From a virus, in the IMG/VR virus record IMGVR_UViG_3300046471_000128, positions 1 to 64,000 of that record: a stretch of DNA of 64,000 nucleotides; one strand, written 5' to 3'. A program made the translations under genes and the position numbers. This document shows positions 35,901 to 45,760 of the stretch, one piece after another; the stretch's first letter is position 1; every line of letters starts with the position of its first letter. The notes beneath the pieces are model-generated. The model made no database searches. It was not told the origin of the DNA and was given only the letters and a program-made list of their open reading frames with translations.

Positions 35901-38285
35901 ATTCCACTTGCCCGTGCCGGCGGCAACCTGCCCACGGAACCCATAGACCGAGCCGGGTCCAGTAATGTCCTTCGCGTTAAAGGCTGTGTAAGCCGTCACT
36001 GTCGCGGCGGCACCGATGGTCGGCGGGTTTGCGAGGAAGCCGACGAGGTTGCCGCAAGTGAATGCAGCGTCCTTCATCTTCGGCGTCGAAGCATAGGCGA
36101 CGGCTACGCCGGTCGAAGTTTCGTTAAATTCAGCGTTGAACTGGATGCCGTAGTTGGTCGTGCCGGTGCCCAGATGCGTGCCGCGCAGGTAAGCCATCAC
36201 GTTGACCGACGTGCTGCCGCCAATCGACATATAGCCATCGGGATTCAAGCCGATGCCATAGGCGCTCCATGTGCCCGGCGCAGCGGTCGTGTCATTGGCG
36301 AGCTGGATCGTGCCGCTGTCGACGAGTAGACGCGTATTCTTCGCGCTCGCGCTCGCGTCGCGGAACTGAATCGTCGGCTGAAAAGAATCGATCGATAGAC
36401 CGCCACCCGTGCCCGAGAGCGTATCCATCACACGCAGCGTCGGCGCGTTGAGCACCGCCCACGTTGCGCCGTTCGGGTTGATCTGCATCGCCGAGACGCC
36501 ATCATCGACGCTGGTGCCGACGACAACCTTGCCCGAGCCGTTCACGTAAATCTTGCCTGCAACCGTTCCGCTTGCGTTACGCCCGAAGAGCCCGAGCGTG
36601 CCGGTGCCGTCCGCGTTAGCGTAGCCGTAGACGTCTGCCGCGCTCTGGCCGGCGAGCACGTCGGAGGTGACCGACGCCCACCGGAACGTCGTGAAACCGA
36701 TGGTGGTTTGCGACGCGGGCGGCGTGGCGAGCACCACTTGTCCGTTCGTGATCACCTGATAGGGCTGGAATCCGGCCGAGTTGCGCGCAATCCCGATACG
36801 GTAGTTCGTGCCGAGCGTCTTGCCGCTCGTGCTCGCCGGGTCACCCACCCACAGGTCACCCGCCATCGTGTCACCATCCTTCGACACTGGGTTGCCGATC
36901 GTCGCGGCCACCTGGTCGGCGTGCGCGGCACTAGCCGCCGCATTCGTCTCGCTCGTCTTCGAATTGGTTTCGGAAGTCTTCGAATTCGTCTCGCTGGTTT
37001 TCGCGGCATTTTGCGAAGCGAGGGCGGCTGCGGCGGAAGTCGACGCAGCGGTGGCCGAACCTGCGGCGGCAGTCTGGGAAGCGGAGGCGGCGTTTTGCGA
37101 AGTGAGCGCAGCAGCGGCCGAAGTCGAGGCGGCCGAAGCCGATCCCGAGGCTGCGCTTGCGCTGACCGTCGCATTGGCGGCCATGTTCTCCGAGGTCAGA
37201 TCAACGTCTTGCCAGCCGGTGCTGGTGTAGACGCGCATCTGCTTGGTGGTCGAATTAAAGTATTCTGAGCCGATCGTGAGCGCAGCGTTGTTGTTGTCCT
37301 TTACCGGGTCCGACGTCTTGTTGCCGAGATAGAGCGCGTTCAGCGTAACGAGGATGCCCTGCACCGTCGCGCGGTCGGCCGCAGCCGAGCTCGCAGACCC
37401 GGAGGCCGCGGTGGCGGAAGCGGCCGCATTCGTCTCGGACGTTTTCGAATTCGTTTCGCTGGTCTTCGAATTGGTTTCGCTCGTCTTTGCCGCGTTCTGG
37501 CTGACAAGGGAAGCCGCCGCGCTCGAAGCGGAGGCAGTCGCGGAACTCGCGGCCGCGGTCTTGCTCGAAGCGGCATTCGTTTCGCTGGTTGCCGCGTTGG
37601 TCGCCGATGTGGCGGCGGCGTTCTGGCTGGCAAGGGCCGCCGAGGCGCTTCCCGAGGCGGCCGTGGCCGAACTTGCGGCAGCGGTGGCGCTACCGGCCGC
37701 TGCGGTCTTGCTGCTCGCGGAGTTGGTTTCGCTGGTCTTCGAATTCGTTTCCGACGTCTTCGAGTTCGTCTCGCTCGTCTTCGCGGCATTCTGGCTGGCA
37801 AGCGCGGCTGCGGCGCTTGTGGCGGAATTCGTTTCGCTGGTCTTCGAAGCGGTCTGCGAGGCCGCTGCAGCATCGCGCGCGGTCACTGCCGACGCGAGGC
37901 TCGCGTGGATATCGTCGACCGAGGCGACCAGACCCGTCGGGCTCACCTCCGACATGAGCGCCTGGATCTTATACATCGTGTTGGTCCAGATCGCGGCCGT
38001 GCCGACGTCGCCCTGCGAGATCAGCGGCAGCCCATCGGGCACCGTGAAGTCGGTCGCGAACACACCGTTCGCCATCGCGCCGCTCGAGCCCTGGTAGGCG
38101 CCGGTGAGCTGGACGACCGTGTTCACGCCGTCAAAGGCCGCGTCCTGAGCCACGATGTAAGGCACAAGGTCCGGCGTCGTCATAAAGACGCTGTTCTTGA
38201 GAATGCGATACGCCACATTCGTGCCAATTACCGTCACCGTTTGACTGCCGTTGGTGACGGTGCAGACCTGCTTCAATTGTGCCAT
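32988..38285 (-). CDS. Long tail fibre with a C-terminal intramolecular chaperone (peptidase S74)
   Basis: Stf-like Ala/Ser/Thr repeats, repeated fibre modules, SDKRLK...GVIAQE...GVAY..L..PLIEAVKE. Confidence 0.92.
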   Translation of the reverse strand: MAQLKQVCTVTNGSQTVTVIGTNVAYRILKNSVFMTTPDLVPYIVAQDAAFDGVNTVVQLTGAYQGSSGAMANGVFATDFTVPDGLPLISQGDVGTAAIWTNTMYKIQALMSEVSPTGLVASVDDIHASLASAVTARDAAAASQTASKTSETNSATSAAAALASQNAAKTSETNSKTSETNSKTSETNSASSKTAAAGSATAAASSATAASGSASAALASQNAAATSATNAATSETNAASSKTAAASSATASASSAAASLVSQNAAKTSETNSKTSETNSKTSETNAAASATAASGSASSAAADRATVQGILVTLNALYLGNKTSDPVKDNNNAALTIGSEYFNSTTKQMRVYTSTGWQDVDLTSENMAANATVSASAASGSASAASTSAAAALTSQNAASASQTAAAGSATAASTSAAAALASQNAAKTSETNSKTSETNSKTSETNAAASAAHADQVAATIGNPVSKDGDTMAGDLWVGDPASTSGKTLGTNYRIGIARNSAGFQPYQVITNGQVVLATPPASQTTIGFTTFRWASVTSDVLAGQSAADVYGYANADGTGTLGLFGRNASGTVAGKIYVNGSGKVVVGTSVDDGVSAMQINPNGATWAVLNAPTLRVMDTLSGTGGGLSIDSFQPTIQFRDASASAKNTRLLVDSGTIQLANDTTAAPGTWSAYGIGLNPDGYMSIGGSTSVNVMAYLRGTHLGTGTTNYGIQFNAEFNETSTGVAVAYASTPKMKDAAFTCGNLVGFLANPPTIGAAATVTAYTAFNAKDITGPGSVYGFRGQVAAGTGKWNIYNDGTALNHLNGKLLVGTTTDDGYSKLQVNGVLKGVAAQKALVASNGSGTGQTSMYLTREGAATDEKYWEILHASSNSFAIRSIDDTYSASQNALVITRPAGGGVALTTMQLMTGGGRVMVGTSTDDGTNLLQVAGTAKASGSITTGGAFNVDGAAGAGRSLYMKTAGSNRWEFTASASAESGSNAGSNLVVNRYDDTGTWIDSPLSITRSTGVLGLSQRPTFGGYTPWDTGNLTPFDKALGGTITGATLIDTTPSVTTAQLAVRAASGAISRESKLRFHSTFGSGSDLGNRLVASLRAGFNAGTWGKEYLDFYLNSASNDAASDANQTLVMRLTYGGRVLIGSATDDGTNKLQVAGTITAAGAASLTSSANSTVGSISPSAYTGGLSIEAYNTGNTAKKNVALAPWGGRVLIGTTTDDNTNVLQVNGNASVQDFVTINGVASSYKGVKLASAGVTRWTVGANQTTESANAGADFSIDRYNDAGTWQSAPVQIARSSGLVTVSNGLAVTSYIELGSLTSSMTPFLDFHSSGTGSDYDSRIISTGGSATVGQGRLDYYASAGHAFTGDVTLAAVGSTSYRLLMKAGSYTPFMRATNIGEVQFVNSANNAINVNLTDAGALTARSTVFSQLSGSTSSGAFRTTGDMGGAFVDWNNNRNYALQIDAANATSAYGGVRWTRWGGRHLAAIDAYEGGSGSTQPTIVFHVANQANAWTFNNADILRSGLGGYVYGTWNFDPNAKLNVSGGTITGGLVVNGGITCYGASVFTNQVNVNNNAYMNFVNVYSLRAVQGANCSSQGAALGWNDSNGGGEGMLAVNAGSGSGGWVLRSVNNGNTVEYGRFTISPGGVGTNGSDKRLKKKIKTLKGSLAKIRQIRGVSYTYKASGEQHYGVIAQEIQPHFPDAVTKQGAGQGKEDYLGVAYTDLVAPLIEAVKEVADKTDLVDPLVKAVKMLTAKLDSALARIAALEGAAA
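36930..37870 (-). repeat. Coding tandem repeats (KTSETNS / ASA-rich heptads) in the tail fibre
   Basis: Three blocks of AALASQNAAKTSETNSKTSETNSKTSETN-like sequence. Confidence 0.85.
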
Positions 38286-38356
38286 GCGAGAACCCTTGTC
38301 CTAGAGACGTGTCGGGTTCGATTATAAGTAACGGGTCACTTATCCGCAATGGAAAG

Positions 38357-38545
38357 TCAAGGCTTCGGATGGCGCTCCTTGATCGCCTGGCAGTGCTCGA
38401 TCCATGCCTCGGTTGCGGCCGGCAGCGCGATTCCCTGCTCTTTCAGCGCCGCGAACCCTTTCATCAGCGCGTCCAGCTGGTCGCCGATCGCCATGTAGTC
38501 GGCCGCGCGCCGGGGCGCGACGTCAATCTTGTGGTGGATCTTCAT
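38357..38545 (-). CDS. Small tail-associated protein
   Basis: MKIHH...RRAADY..IGDQLDAL...IKERHPKP; ATG 38545. Confidence 0.7.
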   Translation of the reverse strand: MKIHHKIDVAPRRAADYMAIGDQLDALMKGFAALKEQGIALPAATEAWIEHCQAIKERHPKP

Positions 38546-38916
38546 GCTTGCGTGACCTCGAAAGTGGCGTCGAGCATCGGCCAGGCGGAGACTTTCACCT
38601 GGTAGGTGCCGGCGTGGCTGAAGGAAAGCTCGCAAGAGTCGTCCGTGCAGGCGTGATCGGTCCCGTCGAGTGTGATCGTGCACGGCACCGGTAGGTTTTG
38701 CAGCTCCATGCCCTTGAGCGTGGCGGTGTTCGCCGGCCGCTCAACGATTGCCCCGCCCTGCACGTAGTGGGTTTCCGGCGCGCCGGCGCCCGTCAGCACA
38801 GAGCCGCCTTCCGGCGCGACCTGATATTCGAGCATGAAGGCCGGCACGCTCCCGTAGAACTGGATACGTCCGCCGGCGTCGGCCACCACGTATTGCGTCT
38901 GGATCTGATCACTCAT
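38542..38916 (-). CDS. Tail-associated protein
   Basis: ATGA-coupled to the J-like gene. Confidence 0.7.
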   Translation of the reverse strand: MSDQIQTQYVVADAGGRIQFYGSVPAFMLEYQVAPEGGSVLTGAGAPETHYVQGGAIVERPANTATLKGMELQNLPVPCTITLDGTDHACTDDSCELSFSHAGTYQVKVSAWPMLDATFEVTQA

Positions 38917-41900
38917 CGTTTTGCCTCAAAAATGGCTGTCTGAACATTGCTCACGCCCGATCCGCTCGCCTGGATGTTCACCGCGTAGGCGCCGTTCATG
39001 CCGGTGATGCGCATGAAGGAGCAGGCTCGGTCGCCCCGGTCGTTGCCGATCACGACCTGCTGGCCGTTGACCGTGACTGATGCCTGACCGCTCTGGTTCG
39101 CGCCCGTGCTGGAGTTGTAAAGCCCCAGGTTGGCCGAAATGAACACCAGCACGTCGCCGCCCGACGCGTAGTAGGTAGGCACACCCGTGCCACCCCACGA
39201 CGCCATCGTCGAGACTGCATTCGGGCCGATGCGCAGCGTGTCGATCTGGGCCTGTCCGATGTGCGCGGTGTTGATCGCGGCATACGCGATCTTTGCCGAG
39301 TTGATCTGCGCGTCGCCGATCATCGCGTTGGCAATCGACGCGTCACCGATGAGCGCGTTGCTGATGATGACCCGCGGCTGACCGTTGACCACGCCGATCG
39401 TGAACGGCTGAATGCCCGGGTAGCCGGGAATCCACACCGAGAAGCGCTGCGCGTGGACCGCGAACTCGCTGACGATGCCGCCGTTGATCGGATAGGACGC
39501 GAGGCCGAAGCCCGAGATCAGGCCGTTGTTGTCGATCTTGACCGTGTATTGCGCGTTCAGGCCGTTGAGGCTCGACTGCTGCGTGCTGATCGAGGCCGTA
39601 TGGCTGCCGAGCGTCGAGTTGATCTGCGTAATGGAGCTCGCATTGGCGCTGTCGCCGGCCGCGCGCGCATTGATCTCGGTCTGCACGTTCGCGTTGGTCG
39701 TGCCGAGCGACGCGTTGACGCTATCGATGCGGGTCGAAAGTGCCCCGTCCGCGTTCGCGCGCGCCGTCTGCTCGGTGCTGATCGCCGCCATTGCCGGCTG
39801 AACCTGCGAGGCCGGGCGCCATTCGATGTCCGTGTAATACCAGCGATTCTTGTCGTTGTTCGAACTGGCGCCGAAGTCGATCATCACGTAGAGCTCGGCG
39901 GTCGTGTAGCCGTCAGGGATCGTGACGTTGCCCGCCATCCGGGTCCAGGTTGACGTTGCAGCCTGCGTGGCCGCGAAAACCCACGTATCGGACTTGCCCG
40001 CGCCCGTGAGGTGCAGCCCGATGCTGATCGGCACAGCGGCGACGGGCGTTGCCGCGCGCATCTCCAGGTAATGCGTTTGCCCGCCCGAAACCGGCACGGT
40101 GCGCGTCGTGTAGCTGTTGTCCCGGATGTTCTGGCGGAAGACGTAAGCGGCCGGCGCGCCGAGCGGGACGTCGCCCGTCGTGCCGCCCACTGCGGTGTTG
40201 TTGGTCCAGCCCGTCGTCAGGCCGCCGGCGGCGACCGGGTTCGCGCACAGGTTGGTCGCGTCAAAGCCGAAGCTCGCCGCCACCGTATTGATCTGCGTTG
40301 CGAGCGCCGAGTCGGCGGAGGTGCGCGCGCTTGCCTCTTGCTGCACCGCTGCGGTGTTGTTGCCCGTATTCGCGGCGAGCGTGTCGATGCGCGTGGAGAG
40401 CGCCGTGTCTGCGGTCGTGCGGGCGCTCACCTCGCTCGTGATCGCCGCGGTGTTGCCGTTCGTGGTCGCGAGCAGCGTGTCAATCCGCGTGCTGAGCGCG
40501 CCGTCCGCGTTCGCGCGCGCCGTGGTTTCGGTCTGAATCGCCGCGGTGTTGCCGTTGCTCTGTGCGACCACCGTGTCGATGCGGGTGCCAAGCGCCGAGT
40601 CGGCCGTGGTCCGGGCCGTCGTCTCACTCTGGATGGCCGCGCCGTTCGAGTTCGTCGCCGCCGACACCGTGTTGATCTGCGTGGCGAGGCTGTCGGTAGC
40701 GTTCTTGCGCGTGGTGGCCTCATTCGTGATCGCGGTCGTGAGCGAGGCGTTGAGCGCGTTCGCCGTGGCCGTCAGCGTGTCGGACGTATTCTTCAGACGG
40801 TTGTTCACCGAGCCGATGATCGTGTCCGGCGCGTCCACCAGGTCAATGCGTGTCTTGAGCGCCGGGATCAGCTGCGAGTCCTTGAGCACGCCCTCGGCGA
40901 TCGCCTCGACGTCCAGAAACGGCGTGTGGACGTGGATCTCGTTGGTCGGGATCGTCTCGTCCAGCCCGAACGCGTCATACGGCACGATCGTGATGTAGTA
41001 GTCCGCGTTGAACATCAGGCCCGAGAGCAGCACGGTTGTGTCCGGGCCGTCGTAGGCGGGTGTGGCCGGCGCGCCGACGTCGCCCGACCAGCGCAGCATG
41101 ATGCGCGCGCCCGCGTAGTCCGGGTCGTCGCTGTGGGTAAAGCTGACCGTGATGGACTCGAAGTTCGCGTTCGTCGCTGCCGTCAGCACGGTCGGCGGCG
41201 GGTTGTAGCAGTCGAGCACGGCTGCCTTGCCGACGTTGCCGAACTGGTCGCGCACGGCGATCTCAAACACAAGCTCCCGATGCAGGCCGTCGACGAAGTT
41301 CTTCTCGTAGGTGTAGATATACGAGTTGTCCGTCGTGTGCTCGGTGCGCAGGAGCCTCTGGTCCTTTGTGCCGTAGTTGGGCTTCGCGTAGACGCGGATC
41401 TCGTAGTCGAGAAAGTGCGGGTCGCGCGCGCCCGTGTCGGCGCCGTTCGGCTCGCTGCCGAATTCGAACGAGGCCGTCACCGAGTTGTAGCGCCAGAAGA
41501 GCTTGCAGTCGCGCCCGGCCCAGAGGTAATCGGCGCCCGAGACGACGGCGGTCGAGAGCGCCGTCACCGTGCCGACCACCTTGTAGCTCACCATCGGCGA
41601 CTGGTCGTAAGACGAATCCTTGCCCCAGATGTCGAACGCCTGCACTTTGATGGTCAGCTGGTCACCCTTTTGCACGCCCGGGACGATAAAGCTCGTGTCG
41701 GCCTTGACCGTGCCTGTCAGGTTGAATGCGCCGCCATTCTTCTGAACGAAGACCTTCGCGCCCGCGTAGTTGCCGGCGACCGGCTGCGCCCACGTCGTGC
41801 GCACCTGCGAGAGGATCTGCGCGCCCTGCACGTAGGTTTCCTCATACGCGCTTACGTTCTGCACGACGCCGATCGCCGCCTGCGACGGGTCGAGCATGGG

Positions 41901-44750
41901 CGGCGTGAGGGTATCCGCCACATCCTTGTAGCTCGACAGGTCGTAGACCTCGGCCACGTATTCGAGCGCCTTGATCGCGCGCGTCATGTCGGTCGAGCCG
42001 AGCGTGATGTCCGTGATGCGGAAGGACTTCTTGACCTTCTCCGTCTCGCCGAACATGTAGTTCGTGAACTGATCGGGCACAAAGCCAAGGGGGCTGCGCA
42101 GCGTGAGCGTGTCGGTGTCGCCCACGGCAAGCGTCACATCGTGGTCCTCGATCACGTCGGTGTCCCAGAACGTGATCGGCTGGCCGGCGGCGAAGCCGTT
42201 GGCCGAATCGACGTAGACGCCATCGCCTACGACCGCCGTGATGCCCGCCTCAACGCCGTTTGCGTTGCGCACGCGGCGCACGCGCATCGTGGTCGGCGTG
42301 CCCGGGATCGCGAGGAAGTTATCCCCCACGGACGTGACCGTGCCCGTGCCGCGGTTGGCGGTGTTCGCGAGCAGCAGCAGCTTGTAGGTCTTGCCGGCCG
42401 CCATCGTGACCGTCTTGTCGAGCTTGATGACCGACGCGGAGCTGCCGCCGGCAAGGCGCCCGGAATACGCCCACGCCGGCTGATCGTGCTGCACGAGCAC
42501 CACATCGCCCGCTGCGCACGCGAGCGCCTCGATGGGCGACTGCCATTCAGCGGTCTGCGTGAGGTAGCGGTTGATGTTGAGCTGGAGCGCGCCCTCTTTG
42601 TATGCGCGCTGAATGTCGACCACGCCGTAGGCGGTGATGGCCGCGGCATTCTGCGGGCGACCTTCGAGCGCGGCCGATGCGTCGGCCACCTTCACCGTCT
42701 TCGACTTGTAGTCGTCGTCCTTGTCCGAGAACGTCACGTCCACTTCGGTCGCGCGGTCGGTGCGGCTCATCCAGCTTTGCTTGAACGTGCCCTCGACGAT
42801 GTTGCCCATGCCGAACATCATCACGGGGTCGCTCGCGCGCTCGATGATGACCGAGTAGCGCGTGCCGACCGGCACGAGCTGAGCGTGGCCCGTGCGTGCG
42901 ATGTATTGGCAGGCGTCCCAGATGTTCATGTTCGTGTCGAACACGCCGTCGTAGGTCAGCCCGTTTGCATCGCAGTGCTCGGCCAGATCGAAGAAGGCGT
43001 CGCGGTTCAGGCGGCTCGTGTCGATGCCGCCGCCGTAGCGCCAGTGCGTGAGCGCGTCCCACAGCACCCAGGCCGGATTGTTGTTCGCCTTGTCGACCTG
43101 GCTGATGACGCCGCTTGAGCGCGTGAAGGTCGGGATGACGCGCCCGCCGTTGATGAAGGTGACCGACGGCACGCCCGAAATCTGGTCGTCCATCTTCACG
43201 CGAATCGCGAGCAGCGCCGTGTGGTTGTAGCCGACACCCTCGTAGAGGATCTCGTTCACGTCACCCACGTAGCAGTCGGAGCTCGCGGTCGTGCTCGTGT
43301 CGGTGGTGATCTTCGTGCCGTGCGTGTTGGCCGAATAGTCGATGTAGTTCGGGTTGCGGCGCACGCGCACTTCATACTTGCCGAGCGTGAGCTGCGGCGA
43401 GAGATAGCTGCGGCGCACGGTCGACTGGAGCTTCTCTGTCACTACGAGCGCGGCGCTGCCGGCGGGCACGGTGACGGCCACCGACACGGTGCCCGCTTTC
43501 GAGACCGGCCACTTGCTCACCTGCTGGCCCACGTAGCTGCCGTATTTCGCCATGACCGCGGCGCGCACGGTGTCGAGCACTATGCCGTTATCGGTCGAGA
43601 TATTCAGGTCCGTGATGACCTGCGTGGCGTCCCACTGGTAGTTCTCGCTGTCGTAGAGCGTGCCGGGCACGTTCCCCACGCCGATGCTCGTGATAGGCGT
43701 CACGCGCGCGTTGACGTAGCGCGGCGCGGAGTTGGTGAACGGCGTCCAATCGCTGCTGCCCACCAGCCGGTAATCGGCTTCGAGCGCCACCGAGTTGTTC
43801 TCGAAGCTGCCGCTTTTCGTGCTGACGGAATACAGGCCGCTCGGGAAGTTGAAGTCCACCCGCACGGCCTCGACGTTGCCCTGCGTGGCAAACGTAAGGT
43901 AGCTGCCGTCCTTGGGCAGCTTCACTTGCTTCGAGTAGGGCGTGATGACGGAGCTGAACCAGTCGATCGGCGCCTGCATCGGGTCGCCAAGCCGGGTCTG
44001 CACCGAGACTTCCGAGAATTCGGAGAGGTCGCGGTCATTGATCTTGATGCCCGAGATGGACGCGATCGGCCCCTCCCCGGCATTGATCAACATGTAGAGG
44101 ATCTGGTTGTTGCCGTCGGCTTCGGTATGGACGCCGATTACGTTGCCGGCGGTGCGGAACGTGCCGTAGGCGACCGGCGTCGGGATCATTTCCGCCGCGG
44201 TGTTCTTCGCGCCGTCGGCGCCGTAGGTGGAGCTGGCAGCCAGGCCGCTATTGGTGTTGACGGTGGCGACCGCCGGCGGCAGCACTGCGTTGAGCAGCAT
44301 GGAGCCGGCGATCGTGACGGCGGCGGCCACACCCGCCTGCACCATCGCGAAGGTGGTGCCCAGGCCCGCGGCGGCCGCTGCCGACGCACTGGCCGCACCC
44401 GTATAGGCGGCCGCTGCCAGCCCGCCCGTGTAGACCGAGGCGACCGCAATCGCGATCATCCCGACGATCCGGAAGATGCCCTTGCCACCGCCGCCCTGCG
44501 GGACCGGGCAGATCACGATGAAATCGTTGGGCTGAAGACGCGTCTTGGCGAAGCGCTCGCGATCGATAGCGAGGCCGTTGAGCGACACAACCACATCGGT
44601 CGCTTCGCCCAGCGGCAGATAGCGATCAAGCGTGTAGGTCTTGCGCCACTTCCATTGCTCCTCGCGCACGTCGCGCATCGGCTCGAACGGGTTGGTGATC
44701 CGTCGAACCTTCACAAACTCCGCCGCCTTCTTACCCTTCGATGTATTCAT
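38913..44750 (-). CDS. Tail tip / host-specificity protein (lambda J-like, N-terminal gpI-like domain fused)
   Basis: PVAYG, GEGPI, NNPAW, FN3-like segments, ETTARxxADSAL repeats, C-terminal YTVKIDNNG..SGFGL. Confidence 0.9.
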   Translation of the reverse strand: MNTSKGKKAAEFVKVRRITNPFEPMRDVREEQWKWRKTYTLDRYLPLGEATDVVVSLNGLAIDRERFAKTRLQPNDFIVICPVPQGGGGKGIFRIVGMIAIAVASVYTGGLAAAAYTGAASASAAAAAGLGTTFAMVQAGVAAAVTIAGSMLLNAVLPPAVATVNTNSGLAASSTYGADGAKNTAAEMIPTPVAYGTFRTAGNVIGVHTEADGNNQILYMLINAGEGPIASISGIKINDRDLSEFSEVSVQTRLGDPMQAPIDWFSSVITPYSKQVKLPKDGSYLTFATQGNVEAVRVDFNFPSGLYSVSTKSGSFENNSVALEADYRLVGSSDWTPFTNSAPRYVNARVTPITSIGVGNVPGTLYDSENYQWDATQVITDLNISTDNGIVLDTVRAAVMAKYGSYVGQQVSKWPVSKAGTVSVAVTVPAGSAALVVTEKLQSTVRRSYLSPQLTLGKYEVRVRRNPNYIDYSANTHGTKITTDTSTTASSDCYVGDVNEILYEGVGYNHTALLAIRVKMDDQISGVPSVTFINGGRVIPTFTRSSGVISQVDKANNNPAWVLWDALTHWRYGGGIDTSRLNRDAFFDLAEHCDANGLTYDGVFDTNMNIWDACQYIARTGHAQLVPVGTRYSVIIERASDPVMMFGMGNIVEGTFKQSWMSRTDRATEVDVTFSDKDDDYKSKTVKVADASAALEGRPQNAAAITAYGVVDIQRAYKEGALQLNINRYLTQTAEWQSPIEALACAAGDVVLVQHDQPAWAYSGRLAGGSSASVIKLDKTVTMAAGKTYKLLLLANTANRGTGTVTSVGDNFLAIPGTPTTMRVRRVRNANGVEAGITAVVGDGVYVDSANGFAAGQPITFWDTDVIEDHDVTLAVGDTDTLTLRSPLGFVPDQFTNYMFGETEKVKKSFRITDITLGSTDMTRAIKALEYVAEVYDLSSYKDVADTLTPPMLDPSQAAIGVVQNVSAYEETYVQGAQILSQVRTTWAQPVAGNYAGAKVFVQKNGGAFNLTGTVKADTSFIVPGVQKGDQLTIKVQAFDIWGKDSSYDQSPMVSYKVVGTVTALSTAVVSGADYLWAGRDCKLFWRYNSVTASFEFGSEPNGADTGARDPHFLDYEIRVYAKPNYGTKDQRLLRTEHTTDNSYIYTYEKNFVDGLHRELVFEIAVRDQFGNVGKAAVLDCYNPPPTVLTAATNANFESITVSFTHSDDPDYAGARIMLRWSGDVGAPATPAYDGPDTTVLLSGLMFNADYYITIVPYDAFGLDETIPTNEIHVHTPFLDVEAIAEGVLKDSQLIPALKTRIDLVDAPDTIIGSVNNRLKNTSDTLTATANALNASLTTAITNEATTRKNATDSLATQINTVSAATNSNGAAIQSETTARTTADSALGTRIDTVVAQSNGNTAAIQTETTARANADGALSTRIDTLLATTNGNTAAITSEVSARTTADTALSTRIDTLAANTGNNTAAVQQEASARTSADSALATQINTVAASFGFDATNLCANPVAAGGLTTGWTNNTAVGGTTGDVPLGAPAAYVFRQNIRDNSYTTRTVPVSGGQTHYLEMRAATPVAAVPISIGLHLTGAGKSDTWVFAATQAATSTWTRMAGNVTIPDGYTTAELYVMIDFGASSNNDKNRWYYTDIEWRPASQVQPAMAAISTEQTARANADGALSTRIDSVNASLGTTNANVQTEINARAAGDSANASSITQINSTLGSHTASISTQQSSLNGLNAQYTVKIDNNGLISGFGLASYPINGGIVSEFAVHAQRFSVWIPGYPGIQPFTIGVVNGQPRVIISNALIGDASIANAMIGDAQINSAKIAYAAINTAHIGQAQIDTLRIGPNAVSTMASWGGTGVPTYYASGGDVLVFISANLGLYNSSTGANQSGQASVTVNGQQVVIGNDRGDRACSFMRITGMNGAYAVNIQASGSGVSNVQTAIFEAKR

Positions 44751-45123
44751 AGAACCCGTCGATCCGTTTTTCCCACTCCGAGAGCCGCTCGACCGTCACG
44801 CCGCCCGATGGCTCCCACGCATGAATGAATAACCCGTTACTCACCGTATAGCCGACATGACACACCTCGCGGCCGATCTTGAAGAAGATCATCGAGCCGA
44901 TCTTCGGGCCCGGCAGCCGGCGCCAGAACTCGCGCGAGGTAATCATCAGCGCGTGCGTCGCGCCGCTGTCGTTCGGCGTTTTATAGTCAGGCACAACCTG
45001 GCCCGTCGCGCGGTGGATCAGAAACTTGACGAGGCCGTAACAATCGAACTCGTCGGGGCCGCGGCCGCCGCGTTTGAACGGCGTGCCGATCAGGTCAACG
45101 TAGGTAACGGGTGACTTATCCAT
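44731..45123 (-). CDS. Tail assembly NlpC/P60 protein (gpK-like)
   Basis: IGTPF..GGRGP..FDCYGL...HVG...FIH. Confidence 0.88.
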   Translation of the reverse strand: MDKSPVTYVDLIGTPFKRGGRGPDEFDCYGLVKFLIHRATGQVVPDYKTPNDSGATHALMITSREFWRRLPGPKIGSMIFFKIGREVCHVGYTVSNGLFIHAWEPSGGVTVERLSEWEKRIDGFYEYIEG

Positions 45124-45124
45124 T

Positions 45125-45760
45125 TTACGCTACGACGAGGTTGCTTGAAACCAGATTTGGCGAGCCGCCGAAGTTGATGACGTTGTTGTGGGCGCGGCAC
45201 CCCATCGCGCCGCCGAGCGTGCGGTCGCAGCTCGCGAGGCTACCGTTGTAGCGGCAGGTGCGCGCGTCCTTGTAGACCCACTGGCAGAAGTCGCGCCGTT
45301 GCAGGCGGCGCGGGAACTGCTTGGTGAGCGCATTCTCGGCACCGAGCGTCCACGAGGCGACGTAGTTGTCCACCGCCCCCGTGACGATGACGAAGTGCTC
45401 CTCGACGTCGGGCGCCTCGTTGAGGCCGCCGGCCTGACACACGCGAATCGTCACCGGAAAGTCGGTGCCGCCGTCGTGGTCGTTCATCAGCTTGATGAGC
45501 GCGCCCGCGTAGTCGATGAGCGACACGGTGATCTGCGGCGCGCTGCCGGCCACCGTCTTGAGGTCCAGCGAGAACTGCATCGGCTCGTAGGTGATGCCCT
45601 GCCGCACGACCGACTCGGTGTTGTTCACGAGGTAACGCGTTTCGGTCACGGCGCCCGTGGTCGGATCGATCACCCCCATGTCGAGGAAGGCGAGATAGGG
45701 AACGTCAGAACCGATCCGGTTCTTCTCGATGATGCTGGCAACGGAGATTTGAGCGGGCAT
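45125..45760 (-). CDS. Minor tail protein L-like
   Basis: C-terminal CQWVY...C.Y...CDRTL...C...FGG.P Cys motif. Confidence 0.85.
   Translation of the reverse strand: MPAQISVASIIEKNRIGSDVPYLAFLDMGVIDPTTGAVTETRYLVNNTESVVRQGITYEPMQFSLDLKTVAGSAPQITVSLIDYAGALIKLMNDHDGGTDFPVTIRVCQAGGLNEAPDVEEHFVIVTGAVDNYVASWTLGAENALTKQFPRRLQRRDFCQWVYKDARTCRYNGSLASCDRTLGGAMGCRAHNNVINFGGSPNLVSSNLVVA

Noticed and set aside
32988-38285. Diversity-generating retroelement or shufflon acting on the tail fibre
   Set aside because: No reverse transcriptase, template/variable repeat pair, invertase or inverted fibre cassettes seen.
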